A stretch of DNA of 46,518 nt from Saprolegnia diclina VS20 (taxonomy: Eukaryota), in assembly GCF_000281045.1 (NCBI RefSeq), contig NW_008246090.1, positions 296,863 through 343,380 of the forward strand, in the 5' to 3' direction. This document shows positions 33,149 to 45,564 of the stretch, piece after piece. The position numbers and the translations under genes are program-made. Below the pieces are notes generated by a model. The model ran no database searches, was not told the origin of the DNA, and saw only the letters and a program-made list of their open reading frames with translations. Each line of letters opens with the position of its first letter. Within the stretch, counting starts at the first letter, position 1.

Positions 33149-33529
33149 ATGATGCCAAGCAGTCTCGATACATATTACATAAGACGATCAATCCAAAGTG
33201 CATTTACTCTTGTGCTACTAGTATACATGTGCGATCCGCTCATTCGCAATCGAAAAGTGACTAAGGTGCATATTTGTCATTTTAGTTGGCTTAGTGGAAA
33301 GTGCTCGAGATTAGGTGCGCCTTTGCCCTTTTGGGCACATAATGTCAACAGCTGTTTTGTTTTGGGCACATCTTGCAAAAGTGGGCACATTTTGTAAACC
33401 GGCCCTGAAATTGGGCACAATTTGTCAAAAACCCCACTGTTGTTGCAATCGAGTAGCTTGACGCACGCCTATACCTCCCGCAAACAAGAACGAGCCCACC
33501 AAGTAGCTCTGGAGGCGTGACGTGGCGGG

Positions 33530-33629
33530 NNNNNNNNNNNNNNNNNNNNNNNNNNNNNNNNNNNNNNNNNNNNNNNNNNNNNNNNNNNNNNNNNNNNNNN
33601 NNNNNNNNNNNNNNNNNNNNNNNNNNNNN
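33530..33629. other. Assembly gap (100 N, likely unknown size)
   Basis: Run of exactly 100 N. Confidence 0.99.
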
Positions 33630-34096
33630 GATTATACATCCTTTGGAGGGCACAATATGCTAATTGCCGTCGTCATGCGAGAAGTACAGCGCGAGCAATT
33701 GACTGTTTTGTTAATAATGGCATATGCCCTATTAGGCGAGTATACGTGGCTATATGTGGCATCACGTACGCTTGAGTTGCTGCAGTCAACCGCGCAACAC
33801 CAATGCTGGATATTGGACTCGATTGCAAGGTGTGAATTGAATATGGGCATCGTCAACGTACCCTCAAGCGAGAGCAAAGCGCTCTCTAAGTCTTTGCTGG
33901 CCCGAGAAACGGCCACGTCATGCGTTTGCACTTGAATGATTTGACAACCTCCCGGACCCACTAGGGGCGACACCGAGCCTTTATATCGTCAAGATGTACA
34001 ACACTGTTGTTGCAATCGAGTAGCTTGGCGCACGCTTATACCTCCCGCAAACAACAACGAGCCGACCAAGTAGCTCTGGAGGCGTGACGTGGCGGG
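33630..34096 (+). repeat. Copy 2: empty-site version of the MULE insertion locus
   Basis: Left and right flanks of the MULE are joined across a single CACTGTTGT. Confidence 0.95.
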
Positions 34097-34258
34097 ATGG
34101 GGTCTCGAGGGGGTGTGTCTGAAGCCTCTTCCTGGGTAACAAGCATGGTCAACCGTCGAGCAACGTGTTCTCTCGAAGAAGCCCAACAGTCGATATGCAG
34201 TACATTTGCGTCTCAATGACGTCCTTGGCGTTAGTCAATGTCTCTCTTCGACGAGTAC

Positions 34259-35548
34259 CTAGAAGAAGGACTGTTCGAGGAGCTCGAACCGAATCGTGGC
34301 CTTGAGGTGGTTGAAAATCGTCGGGAACGCCATGAGGTCGGTCGGGTTGCTCTCAACCCAGAGTGCGTCAAACATCGTAAAGACTTGGCCTAGGGTCGTC
34401 CATAATAAGACAATATTCTCCAAGAATCGCAACCGTACAGAAAAACTCGTGGAGCTCGTCGATATGGACGTCCTTGTCGTAGAAGCGGGCGTCCAAGAGG
34501 CGGTCGTTGATGAGTTCGACGAGGAAGCTACGCTGCTTGAGACACAAAGATCATCTTTGTAGTCGTATGTACTTGGTGATGTTGATGCCCGTGATGGCAA
34601 ACGGGTACCACTGCGTCGGGTGGTTGGAGTGCACGAGGGCGCTAAGACTACACATCGTGGATGCTCGGCGACAGCGAAGGCACGTACCTTCTCGCTTCTT
34701 CCGGGTACTTGGACGTGTAGTAGAGGAGCTGGTGCAGCGAGAGGACACCCATGCTCCTGCAAAGCCAGTCACCTGAGCATCCGCATTGTCACGACAAGCC
34801 ACGCACCGAAAGTCGGTCATGGGATCCGTGCCCTGGAAGCCAATCTCGCCCCACTCTTTGGTGTGGCGGCCGCCCGTGCGTCGGACGTCCGGCTTGAGGT
34901 TGCGCCACAGCTCTTCCAGCATGGCCTGCACAAGCATGAGCTGACAGGAAGACATGGTCGGAAGAGAGGACCTCGTGGGCATCGTTGGTCGAGTCGTACG
35001 ACTCGTCCTTGAGCGCAATGACCTTGGCATAGACGTTGTTGACGGCAAGGAATGTCTTGAACGATTGGCGCAAGTTGGCCTCGGCGCTAGCCATCGGGGT
35101 CGAGATGAGGCGTTGAGAACGAGTATGCATCGCAGCCGTACATGAGGCTCTTGCTCAAGTCGATCTTCTTGGTGCGCGCCAGCGCCGCGAGCGTCACGTC
35201 CGTCTACATCGACGCCGATGAAGGTTGAATCATCGCTGCAGCCTGCGATATACCTCGAAAGGCTTGAAGCCAAAGATCGCCATCTGCGTGTCCTTGAGCG
35301 AGTCATCGAGGGCGATGGACGTGCGCAGTCGCACAAGCATCGAGCGCACGTCGTCCGCGGGCTTGGCCACAATGCGCTCGAGCTCGGTTTGGCCAAAGAA
35401 GACACCGACTGTCGCCCATGTTAGCGCTGCAGGAGGAGGAGGATGGGCGATAGTACGTACAGAAGAAGTTGGTCAACGCGCGGAAGAAGCGCGTCCAGAT
35501 CGAGAGGTGGGCTTGCGCCAGCTTGGTCACGCGGAGGGCAGCGTCCAT
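34259..35548 (-). CDS. ELMO-domain protein (ELMOD-like Arf/Arl GAP), multi-exon
   Basis: LEELWRNLKP, WGEIGFQGTDPMTDFR|SMG (catalytic Arg present), WYPFAITGINIT and FDALWVESNPTDLMAF. Confidence 0.9.
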
Positions 35549-36388
35549 GGTTCACTTCTTGCCACCGGCGGAATCACAAAGATGAGGGCGTGACGTCCTT
35601 GATTACGTCGGCTTTTTTATTTTCGGCATGGGATGCCACCTCAAGTGCCGGCTCGCAGCGCCCGTCTTCGGCAGGCGAGATCGCACTCGTGCGACATTGA
35701 AGCGCAGTGCAGTCGCCAGTGCGCTGTCCAGTTTGCGCCGAGACCCTATTCCTGCCCATGATGGCATCGAACACCCGTCAAGGTGGCACATGCCGAATGC
35801 AACTTGCTTTCCGGATACCATCGGTCGCGATCTTTGAGCAACAGGCGTGGGGCCAAGGACAGGCAGCCGCAGCGTCGCGCGTACGCGGTACCTGCATGCT
35901 CTATGCACACATCATAACGAGCCAGCATCATGACGCCCAGCGCGTTCATGAACACTCAGAGGCCGGTGCGTCTGGACGTTTGCGCTGGACGGTCACGACC
36001 TACAGTGCATTGCAGCATGCGCCAACCGACCGCGATGCGCCCAACACGATGGCCTGCCACGCGTCGCCGCTTCCGTCTCCGTGCGGCGACCATCATTGAG
36101 GGGCGCTCGCCGTAGTATGTACCTTGGCAGCTGCCGTCCATGAGGCTGCAGGTCCCCGCGGCCATGTTGCTGGCGCTACTCGTGCTCGCTACGTCACTGG
36201 TCAAATCCAAGTCGCGGGGTGTTTTTTATCGCAGCGTCGATCAATACAATGCAAACACGAGTGTCTATCTTGTATATTGTATGTATTTTATTCAAAGCCA
36301 GTGATCACGTTTTTAAAATGCGTGGAGTTTTTTTGTCGACGCCATTGTAGCACGTGGGCGAGAATCCATTTTCGCCCGTTGGACGACC

Positions 36389-37990
36389 ATGGTGTTGACG
36401 GGGAAGCAGCGCGAGGACATGTAGGTGGCAGGATGTCATGTCGAGACGAGGTCACCATGGGCGTGCGTATGCTAGGCACCAGGCCGTGCTCGAGTACCTC
36501 ACGAGCCTCGGCGCGCAGTTTGCGACGTCCGCGGCCGCGTTCCAACAGGACGCGGGCCTCACGCCGACGATCACGATGGATCCAAACAAGACGGGTCTCC
36601 TCGAGAAGAAGTGGACGTCGGTCGTGCGCCTCCAGCGAAAGGTCATGGAACTCGAGACCAAGATCCAGCAGCTCGAAGACGACGCCAAGCTTGGCAACGT
36701 TGTGAGTCGGCGCGACGTGACGGGCGCCAACCGCGACGCTGCGCTCTTGCCGCGCGCACCGCCCAAGTACTCGATGTCGGGCCACCGCAGCCCGGTCACA
36801 TGCGTCCTCTTCCACCCCGTCTTTAGCGTCATTGTCACGTCCAGCGAAGACGCGACCATCAAGGTACGACAAGATCGCAGCTGTCGCACGCTCATGGTCG
36901 TAGGTCTGGGATTTCGAGACGGGTGACTTTGAACGCACGCTCAAGGGTCACACAAACGCAGTGCAGTGCGTGGCCTTCAACCCAGCAGGCTCGATCCTCG
37001 GTACGTCGCGAAACTCCAGCACCGCTCGAACGAAAATGCTTGTAGCCTCGTCGTCAGCGGACCTCATGATCAAGCTCTGGGATTTTACGTCCGATGGCTC
37101 GTACGAATGCAAGAAGACGCTGCGCGGCCACGACCACAACGTGTGCTGCGTCACGTTTGCGCCGTCGGGCGACCACCTCTTTTCCTGCTCGCGCGATACG
37201 ACCATCAAGGTAGCGACCACAAAAATGACACAATTTTGACGCTAATGGCACCTAGATCTGGGAGGTTGAGAGTGGCTACTGCATACAAACGCTCAACGGG
37301 CACGCGGACTGGGTGCGTACGATCTGCGTCACGGACGACGGCCAGTACCTTGCGAGCGGCGGCAACGACCGGTCGATCTTCCTCTGGGACCTCGCAACCT
37401 TCAAGCCGATCCAGAGCATGCGGGAGCACGAACACGTGGTCGAGACGGTCGCCTTTGCGCGCCAAGCGCAGCACGCGACCATTGACACCATTCACGGCAA
37501 AAAGGTCTCGCCCAACATGACACGGTCAGAACTGATACTTTGATACCTGTAGGTGCTCGAGACGACGGGGCAGTCGGGCGCAGGCGTCCGGTATTTATTG
37601 TCGGGCTCGCGTGACCGCACGGTGCGGCTCTGGGAAGCGTTCTCGGGTCTCCAGCTCATGAACTTTGTACGAGCTTTTAATTCAAGTTTGTATCAAGCGT
37701 GGGCGCTAGGTGAGCCACGACAATTGGGTACGCAGCGTGCGCTTCCACTGGAGCGGCAAGTACGCGATCAGCGCGTCTGAAGACAAGACGATTCGTCTCT
37801 TTGACATTGAGGTACAATATTGTCATGTGTGGAACGTTCCGTGAACGTGCGATCGTAGACGGGTCGCTGCGTGCGCACGCTCAAGGACGCGCACAACCAC
37901 TTTCTCACGACGCTCGACGTGCATCCGTCGCTGCCACTGCTTGTGACGGGCAGCATCGACAAGCTCATCAACGTATGGGAGTGCGTCTAA
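36389..37990 (+). CDS. LIS1: LIS1/NudF dynein regulator (LisH + coiled coil + WD40), 8 exons
   Basis: [78 protein letters not shown] and C-terminal [13 protein letters not shown]. Confidence 0.97.
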
Positions 37991-38023
37991 TTGATCCAAT
38001 ATCTTTTTCATGCCTTTTCCCGT

Positions 38024-38068
38024 CTTTTGCAGGGATTTCCTGTATTTTGTAGGGATTTCCTGTATTTC
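38024..38068 (+). repeat. Short tandem repeat (about 20 bp x2) between convergent LIS1 and sideroflexin stops
   Basis: TTTTGCAGGGATTTCCTGTA TTTTGTAGGGATTTCCTGTA TTT. Confidence 0.7.
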
Positions 38069-38072
38069 CACC

Positions 38073-39438
38073 TTAGATGCCCTTGTTGTACGTAAAATGG
38101 GTCACGCGCTCGCCCTTGGAGTTGATCAAGTGCTGGTACTGCGGCTCGAGCTCGGTCGCAGCGATCGTGCCGTACTGCGGGAAGAGCGCAATCGCAGCCG
38201 GAAAGGCGCCCCAGATGCACAACGTCACCACACCTAATCACCGTGCTCAGTCGCGTCGTCGGGCAAGTGACCGTAGTACTGATTTCGGTCACGACACGCC
38301 CGATGCGGTTCTTGGGCAGCGCGTTGACCTTCTTCATGGCCTCGAGGATGAACGGCGGGAAGAGCAAGACTAGCAAATCGCCGCATGAGACACGCCACTT
38401 TGCACACTCGAAGTTGTACTCGGCATGGGCAACGCGACGCGCGTCATCGCGACCTGCGTCAACGACTGCTTGCCCGCGTTCTGCGACCGGCCACGCGCGA
38501 CGCCTTCGTCGTCAATGACGTCGATGCCCTCCCTATTCGTCGTCCAAGCACTGTTGAGCGAGTCCGATTTGGATGGTAATGCGGTACGTGAGCTCCTTGA
38601 GGCGCATGAAGACAGCGTTGCCAGCACCGGCGGCCGCGACCGCCACAAACGGCACCGTCTACGAGCATTGCGTGAGCGATCGAGAGAGGGAGATGGCAGT
38701 TGTACCCGCGACAAGGCGAGGCGCGCCGACGCGCCAAGGAACGACGCATGCTCGACCGCCTTGCCGAGACCCACGGACGCACCGCACGAGATGAGCACGG
38801 CCGACGCATACGCCTCTACGCCGGCGTGAGACGCATGACATATGTTCCTACACGTACTCGCAATGGCCGTCGTGTCGTCGACGCCGCTAGCGTTGCGGTT
38901 GGCGTAGTTGAAACCCGCGTTGTAGCTCTGGTTGATCCATTGCCAAAAGATCGTGTTGAAGAGCTAGACATGCATGAGCCAAGCATAGGTCTACAGAGGG
39001 GGTGTACCGTGGGCGGCGCGAGCACCATGCCAGAGCAGATCGGGATGTTCACGGGCACAAAGGCAGGCATGCGGAAGAGCAGCGGCAGCTTCTCGCCGGT
39101 CTGCGGATGAAACACCGACTCGCAAACTAGAACCGCATGAGCAAGAGTACGAGAGGCAGCGTATGCGTACTGCGACGGGCATCCCAGAGCTCGGCGTTCG
39201 TGACTGCGCCCGTGGGCAGGACGCCGGTCTTGTAGCCGTCGATGATGGCCTTGGACGCGTCGATTGTCTTGTCCGAGACGAAGAACGACCTACATGGAAA
39301 GGACTGGTGAGCAGCGCTTTGGACGATACGAGTGGCGTACGAGGGCGCGACGAGCTCGGAAAAGTGCTTCCAGCGGCCATAGTAAGTCGACTGGTCGTAG
39401 CGCGGAGCGTCGAGCGTGAACGGCGGGGCGTCGGCCAT
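38073..39438 (-). CDS. SFXN: Sideroflexin (mitochondrial SLC56 carrier), multi-exon
   Basis: PRYDQSTYYGRWKHF, FHPQTGEKLPLLFRMPAFVPVN, FWQWINQSYNAGFNYANRNA, MRLKE and C-terminal YNKGI. Confidence 0.95.
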
Positions 39439-39885
39439 GGTGTGCGTTTGTCCGTGGAAATTTGCGTTTGGCGTCCGTCCAGCGTAAAGATCCCTAGAAA
39501 GTACGGGTGGCTCTCCAAGATACGATTCCGATCGTAATGGATGGGGCGAGGAGCGGTCGCGCAGCTGCCTGCACGGCGCCCTGAGCCCTTAGGCCACATC
39601 GTCTTCGGTCGTGTACGTAGCACTAGGTCAGTCGCGCTATTCGGAGCGGCAACGCCGTGCGTCCGCCTCGCGACGAGCATCCCGACATCCCAGGACTGTC
39701 TCACAACGTAGCACTCGCCCGCTACTTCAACCCGGACATCAGTATGGCGCACGGCTGCAATGGGTTCACAGTGGATGGCTCGTGGACTGCAATTCGGGAC
39801 TCGCATGCCAAAGGGCAGTTTGGTTCATCACCGTTGAGGACAACATCAAAAACGCAGTTCTTAGTGCAGCTTATGGTGTGACGGC

Positions 39886-42023
39886 TTAGACGTAGCTCGG
39901 CCACGTCGACGTCGGCGCGGCGGCAGCGTCTTGCTGCGGGATACCCATGTAGCCGGCGCGGCGCTGCTGCGTGCGCAGGGCCACAAAGGCCGTGACGCAG
40001 ACAGCACCGACGGCCGCGACGGCCATCGCATCAAAGGATGACGGACCCCACGACGTCGTGAGGCGGTTGCCATAGACCGCCGACATGTCGAGCGTCTCGT
40101 ATGCGTTGAGGCTCACGAGCTTGGTGTTCAGCTTGGCTGCGACGCGCGCCGATTGGCACACCGAGTCGGACTCGCGGGTCGCGCACTCGAGACCCGCCTC
40201 GTAGTAGGCCAGCGAGATGTGCGCCGAGAGGTCCGAGAGCGACGCCGTGATGGCGGCAAAGCCGTCCGCCGAGCCGGCCGAAGACGCGTTCGTCAAAGTC
40301 GTCGTGTTGATCGCACTCGTCGTGTTGACAACAGCCAACGTCGTTGCGACCGGAGCCGTCGCGTTCGACGGGAGAACGACGTGCGTGGCGTTGGAAGGAG
40401 CAGAAGAGGTCGCGTTGGCCGCCACGAGCACCGACTTGTCGACGCTCACGCCCTTGGAAGGGGCATGCGGAGCCTTGGTGGTCTCGACCACTTCCGTGGG
40501 CTTGACTTCCTTCGTTGGCTTGGCTTCCTTCGTCGGCTTGNNNNNNNNNNNNNNNNNNNNNNNNNNNNNNNNNNNNNNNNNNNNNNNNNNNNNNNNNNNN
40601 NNNNNNNNNNNNNNNNNNNNNNNNNNNNNNNNNNNNNNNNNNNNNNNNNNNNNNNNNNNNNNNNNNNNNNNNNNNNNNNNNNNNNNNNNNNNNNNNNNNN
40701 NNNNNNNNNNNNNNNNNNNNNNNNNNNNNNNNNNNNNNNNNNNNNNNNNNNNNNNNNNNNNNNNNNNNNNNNNNNNNNNNNNNNNNNNNNNNNNNNNNNN
40801 NNNNNNNNNNNNNNNNNNNNNNNNNNNNNNNNNNNNNNNNNNNNNNNNNNNNNNNNNNNNNNNNNNNNNNNNNNNNNNNNNNNNNNNNNNNNNNNNNNNN
40901 NNNNNNNNNNNNNNNNNNNNNNNNNNNNNNNNNNNNNNNNNNNNNNNNNNNNNNNNNNNNNNNNNNNNNNNNNNNNNNNNNNNNNNNNNNNNNNNNNNNN
41001 NNNNNNNNNNNNNNNNNNNNNNNNNNNNNNNNNNNNNNNNNNNNNNNNNNNNNNNNNNNNNNNNNNNNNNNNNNNNNNNNNNNNNNNNNNNNNNNNNNNN
41101 NNNNNNNNNNNNNNNNNNNNNNNNNNNNNNNNNNNNNNNNNNNNNNNNNNNNNNNNNNNNNNNNNNNNNNNNTCGTCATCGTCGTCATCATCCTTGTGCT
41201 TCTTGTGGCCGTGCTTCTCGTTGGCCTTGGGCGTGAGCGAAAACGAGTTGGCGTAACCCACGACGCTCTTGACGTGCTTGCCTTTCTTGTTGGTGTAGCG
41301 CTGCGTCCAGCCGCCGCCGACAACACCCGAGACGACGAGGTCCCCGTCCCGTGCGCAGCGGCGAATGGCCTTGTGGAGGTCGTCGACGACCTTGTCGGCG
41401 TGCTTGGGCACATGGAAGGTCTCCATCTTGCCCTTGAAGCGCTTGCCGGCGTACAGCACACCAGAGAGCTCAATGTCATCGCCGACGACGACCGCGGCCT
41501 TGGCGCCACCCACGTACTTGTCGCCGTGGCGACCGCGCGGCGCGTAAAAGCCGCTGCCGCCGCTGATCGCGTGCACGAGACGTTCCTTGCCGCAGTGGAC
41601 GCTGAATTCGGCATGGGACCCGCCGTCGAGCGACTCAAAGTCGCGCTGCGCAACGCAGTCGTCTTCGGGGCGCCACTCGAGCGGCGTCGCCTGCTTGAGG
41701 CTCAACGCCGCCGACGCCGGCGCGTCGACAAAGCTCTCGAGCACATGGAATGCCTTGTGCGCCGAGAGGTCGCCACACGACTCGCTCCACTCGCGGCCGT
41801 CCGTGCGAACCGCAAAGGACGCGTCCGTCTCGATCTTGTCGTCCGCAACGCGCGAGACCCACGCCGCCACGTCGGCGACGAACGCGTCCGTGTCCTTGTG
41901 CAGCAGCTTGACGTACTTGTCCATGGACGTCGGCGCCGTCCACTTGGCGTCACCGACCGTCAAGTGGTCCGCCGCCGTCTGCGCCGCGAGCGCCGTCATG
42001 ACCAACGACCCGACAGCCTTCAT
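39886..42023 (-). CDS. Secreted/type-I membrane mucin-like surface protein, with the repeat region in an assembly gap
   Basis: Signal peptide MKAVGSLVMTALAAQTAA, a ~270 aa globular region, a K/H/D tract, KPTKEA/KPTKEV repeats at the gap edge, an S/T/N-rich region with NAT/NTT/NAS sequons, and TM AMAVAAVGAVCVTAFVAL followed by basic residues. Confidence 0.75.
40541..41172. other. Assembly gap (632 N) inside a tandem-repeat coding region
   Basis: N run flanked by KPTKE repeats and poly-Asp. Confidence 0.99.
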
Positions 42024-43040
42024 GTTGAGATGTGTGCTGTGCTGGAAGAAAGCAAAAATGGTCGCAGAAATCGGAATCGAGCTTGCCCTTTGTATGCCCT
42101 TTGCCGATCGCGGACGGTGCCAGGTCATCGCTCCTGACCGAATGTCGCATGTCGCAGATGGTGCTTGTCATTCCCTTAACAAGTACACACCGTTCGCAAC
42201 ATGCAGCAACTGTGAAAAGACCACAGGTTCTAGCAACACTCACGCGCAAGAAGGTATCGATACTATCAAGGGTAGATTTGTTTCCATTGCTATTATCTCT
42301 TTTGACGATCTGCAGCTATAACGTTACCAAAGCGCGTCCGAACAGTACTGCAAAAAGTCATTTTGATGGATCGAGTGCGATCAAGTGATATCGAGAGTAG
42401 GTGAACCAGCGAGACCAGCGAGACTGCAGCGAGACTTCTTTAATCAACTCGATCCCCAAGGCTTGATGCGCTGCATTTGCAAGGCGAATGGACGCGGGCG
42501 GTGCAAATTAGAAAGAGGCGCGACTGGACGACGTACTGAATAGGCGAATTACATGGGTGGATTGTCGAGAACCGCATGCGAGGAAACGTCCGGTTGGTGC
42601 GAAGCAGCCAGAATTCAGCCTGAGCCCAGCACGCAAGCCCAAGCAAGCTGATCGGCGGCCACACTAAACAGCAATTGTACCAGGTAGAGAGGCGCCACGA
42701 CGCTGCGATTGGTGGAGAGCATGGATGCCAAAAACATTGCTGGCCGTCGCTCAACCCGCAGTTGCTTTGAGTATTTCCAGCAGTGCGTGCGAGTGCAGTC
42801 CTTCGAGCACTAGTATGGGGAAAGGCTCGCGCGTGGTCAAGGAGTAGCTCCTTCACGTCAACCCACCCAAGGTCGGTGTGCGCGCCGGACGTATCTGGTT
42901 CCGCTTCAGATTCCAACGCGCATCAGCCGTGCGCGCATGGTATTGGCCGTAAATCGAGCACACGAATCCATGGGATTGGTCACTCGAAAAATGCGAGCAC
43001 CAATGGCATCGTGCGGCTTGGGACGACCGCCGACAGGAGC

Positions 43041-43922
43041 ATGGCTTGCCGCTTTGACGTCGACGGCAACTACATTGGCGCGCCGCCACCGACGCCGGCG
43101 CCAGGGACGCTACCGTCGGTCGAAGACCTTCTGTGTACACCGTCGTACTGCATCGCCAAGTACGCGCGCCTCGTGCACGAAGCGCGGGTGCTTCTCGCGG
43201 TCGCGGACGCCGGCACGGCGCTGGACGTGCTCTTTGGATACACCACGGAGCAGGTCGCCGACTACAAGCGCTGCTACGCATTAGCACAGGCCGCGAAAGG
43301 ACGCATTGCCGACACGTTTTGTGTGCCCGAGTACGTCATGCGGGTGACGGCCATCGACAAAGTCGAGGCGAACCTGCGATTGCTGGATGCGCGGGTCCGC
43401 GCCGAGCTCGCAACGCTCGACGCGCTGCGCGAGAAGCTGCAGGCACTCGCCGATATGAACCACAACGTCGCGCAGCAACTCGAGATTGCGGGTGCGCACA
43501 GCCTTGCAGACGCCAAGGGCCACTTGTACGACTCTACGCGCCGACACTTCGGTTCAAAATGACATGTAGGGCGACGATCGAGACCATTCTCTTGGAGCGC
43601 GTCGAGATGTTGGTGAATGGCAAGATCCCGCTCGTGCACTTCTTTGGAGATGCGTGCTGGCCAGCGTACGCCACGGGTCTCGCGTAGGCTCTACGCTACT
43701 CCTTGTCCAAGCTCCTCAAGGTTCTGTAGGCCACGTTCGACCCAAGAGAGCCAAATGCACGAGAGCAGCGACGTAGCAGAGACAGAGTTCCACACCAAGG
43801 CGCCCGACCACCTCCCGTCGTCGTCTCTGTCATCGATCTCGAGCATGACGCCAAACGCTCCGCACGACGAAGACACTAGCAGCGGCTCGATGACGGTCAT
43901 GTCCGCCTCGGAAAGCCTGTAG
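43041..43922 (+). CDS. Hypothetical coiled-coil protein with a Ser-rich tail, probably 3 exons
   Basis: MACRFDVDGNYIG... ORF with host-like codon usage. Intron 43526-43569 (gtacga...tgtag) continues in frame into LATIETILLERVE. The last exon is uncertain. Confidence 0.55.
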
Positions 43923-44690
43923 TGAATATTCATTCCCACACAAAAGAACTCGCAGTTAAGATCGGTGGGGGATATCGTGCTTCTTTCCTTGGTGGGCTTG
44001 CATGTACAGCAGCATACTGCGTCGCTCTTCGGCCTACACGAGATAATTTGACGTTTGAAAATATGACGAAAAATAACGAAAAATCAAAGAAAAGGGACCT
44101 TTTTGGCGTCTTGAAGCTTCCACAAATCGGTCTACATCACTTTGTCAGGATCCAAAGGCAAGAGCAGCCGAGCACCTTGTGTGCCGAACACGACGCCATG
44201 AGCGACGAGAGTTGCTCCTGGAGCTCCCAGCAGTGGCGCTGCCACGTTTCCGTGTCGCTGATTTGCCTACCGAATACCATCATGTTGTTGGACTATTGCA
44301 TGAGGACGGGAGGTGTACGCTTCGAGCAGAGCGCGCATTTCGACAACCGCATCTTGGCTGCCCACCATCTCTGCCTTGGAAACGACGTTGGCATGGACAA
44401 ATGCATGGTCTACACTCAAAATGACCCTGGTTGCGTCATGGATTGCCACCTACGCTCGGACTGCAGATGTTGGAGCTCGTCCTGGACGCGCTGGTGCGTG
44501 TTGTGGGCGACGCTGACCTCTTCGCGGTACTGGACGGCCTGGGCCGTCGCAGCCACCAAATTGTCGCGAAGCCGCGCGATTGTGCGCTACATCGTTCTCC
44601 AGTCATGGCGGGTTGATGCATGACATGCATAGTACATACAGTCTTCTCGTCGTGCTCGGCGCGGAGCCGGGCTCGGCTTTCCATCGCCGC

Positions 44691-45564
44691 CTAAGCGAGG
44701 TCGTATTCTAACCATCGTGTATCAAGTTGATAATGTGTACTTTCAAATTGCCTTCCAAGTCGGCGACCATGGACAGCAAGGATACCGCGGTGCTGTCCAG
44801 CGTCTTGGAGCGGCCTATTCCCGCTGCAGAAAACGATCAACTTGATGTTTTCCGCACCAATGTAAATCTGAACACGTTCCAGATCGAGCTCGAGGCTGTT
44901 GACACCAAGCGCGTCGTAGAGTTGCATGAGACCTTCGGGTGTGAGTCCCACGGCAACGACCGACGTCTCGCCGCCGCTGGACGGACATGGCCGCGTGTCG
45001 AGGCTGTAGCGTGCGACGACCTCCGCAAAAGAGCTCTCCGTGTACAGCGATGTATGGCCCAACGCCATCTAAGCATGCTTTCTCAATCTCAAACGTTCTT
45101 CTCCATCTCAAAAGCATGGACGACCTTGAGCGCGTTCATTTCATCGAGGTTGAGCAGTTCGTCGCCGTCCAGATCAAAGCGGTGAACGAGGGCCTTGACG
45201 CCGGCCACCGCCCAGTCGACTCGCTGCGGCGTGCGCTCAATCGCATAGTGCTGCATGGCGTGTGCGTGAATACGCTTGAGCTCGCTCTGGAGCAGCGCCA
45301 CCAGCTGCGCTTGTTCGTCCTACGCCAGGTACACGGTCGATCCTGGTTGGACGCAGTCGAAATGCGTACCTTGGCCATGGTCATGGCGCTCAAAGCGCTC
45401 TCTTGGGACGCGACGAGGACCTCGAGGTGCTGGTTGCGCGATAGCACACGTCGGTGCTCGTCACTGAGCTCCTGCGATTGGCTTGAAAGTCTACAGATTG
45501 CGCGAGCAACGACAGTGACGCACCTCGAGCGAAGTGAAGTTGCGGCACCCTTTCTACATACCAA
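44691..45564 (-). CDS. Hypothetical coiled-coil + EF-hand protein (5' end not resolved)
   Basis: EF-hand loop FDLDGDELLNLDEM and GLTPEGLMQLYD, with exons joined by short GT-AG introns. Confidence 0.55.

Larger units (their letters stand above)
30743..33434 (+). mobile_element. Mutator-like (MULE) DNA transposon, non-autonomous, 2692 bp
   Basis: TIRs at 30743-30941 and 33239-33434 begin GGGTTTTTGACAAATTGTGCCCA. A perfect 9 bp TSD CACTGTTGT lies at 30734-30742 and 33435-33443. A single copy of that 9-mer sits at the empty site 34002-34010. Internal MULE transposase remnants are present. Confidence 0.95.

Noticed and set aside
30362..34096. Direct repeats interpreted as retrotransposon LTRs
   Set aside because: No TG...CA ends, PBS or PPT. 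The Gag-like ORF lies outside the pair, both copies stop at the gap, and the intervening DNA is a TIR element.
3934..37990. Apparent trafficking cluster (Rab, BRO1, VPS9, ELMOD, LIS1)
   Set aside because: The genes are interspersed with unrelated housekeeping genes and trafficking genes are common. There is no shared regulatory signal, so chance is sufficient.
44179..44690. Short protein-like frames on the + strand
   Set aside because: I could not assemble a consistent spliced model or recognise a family.
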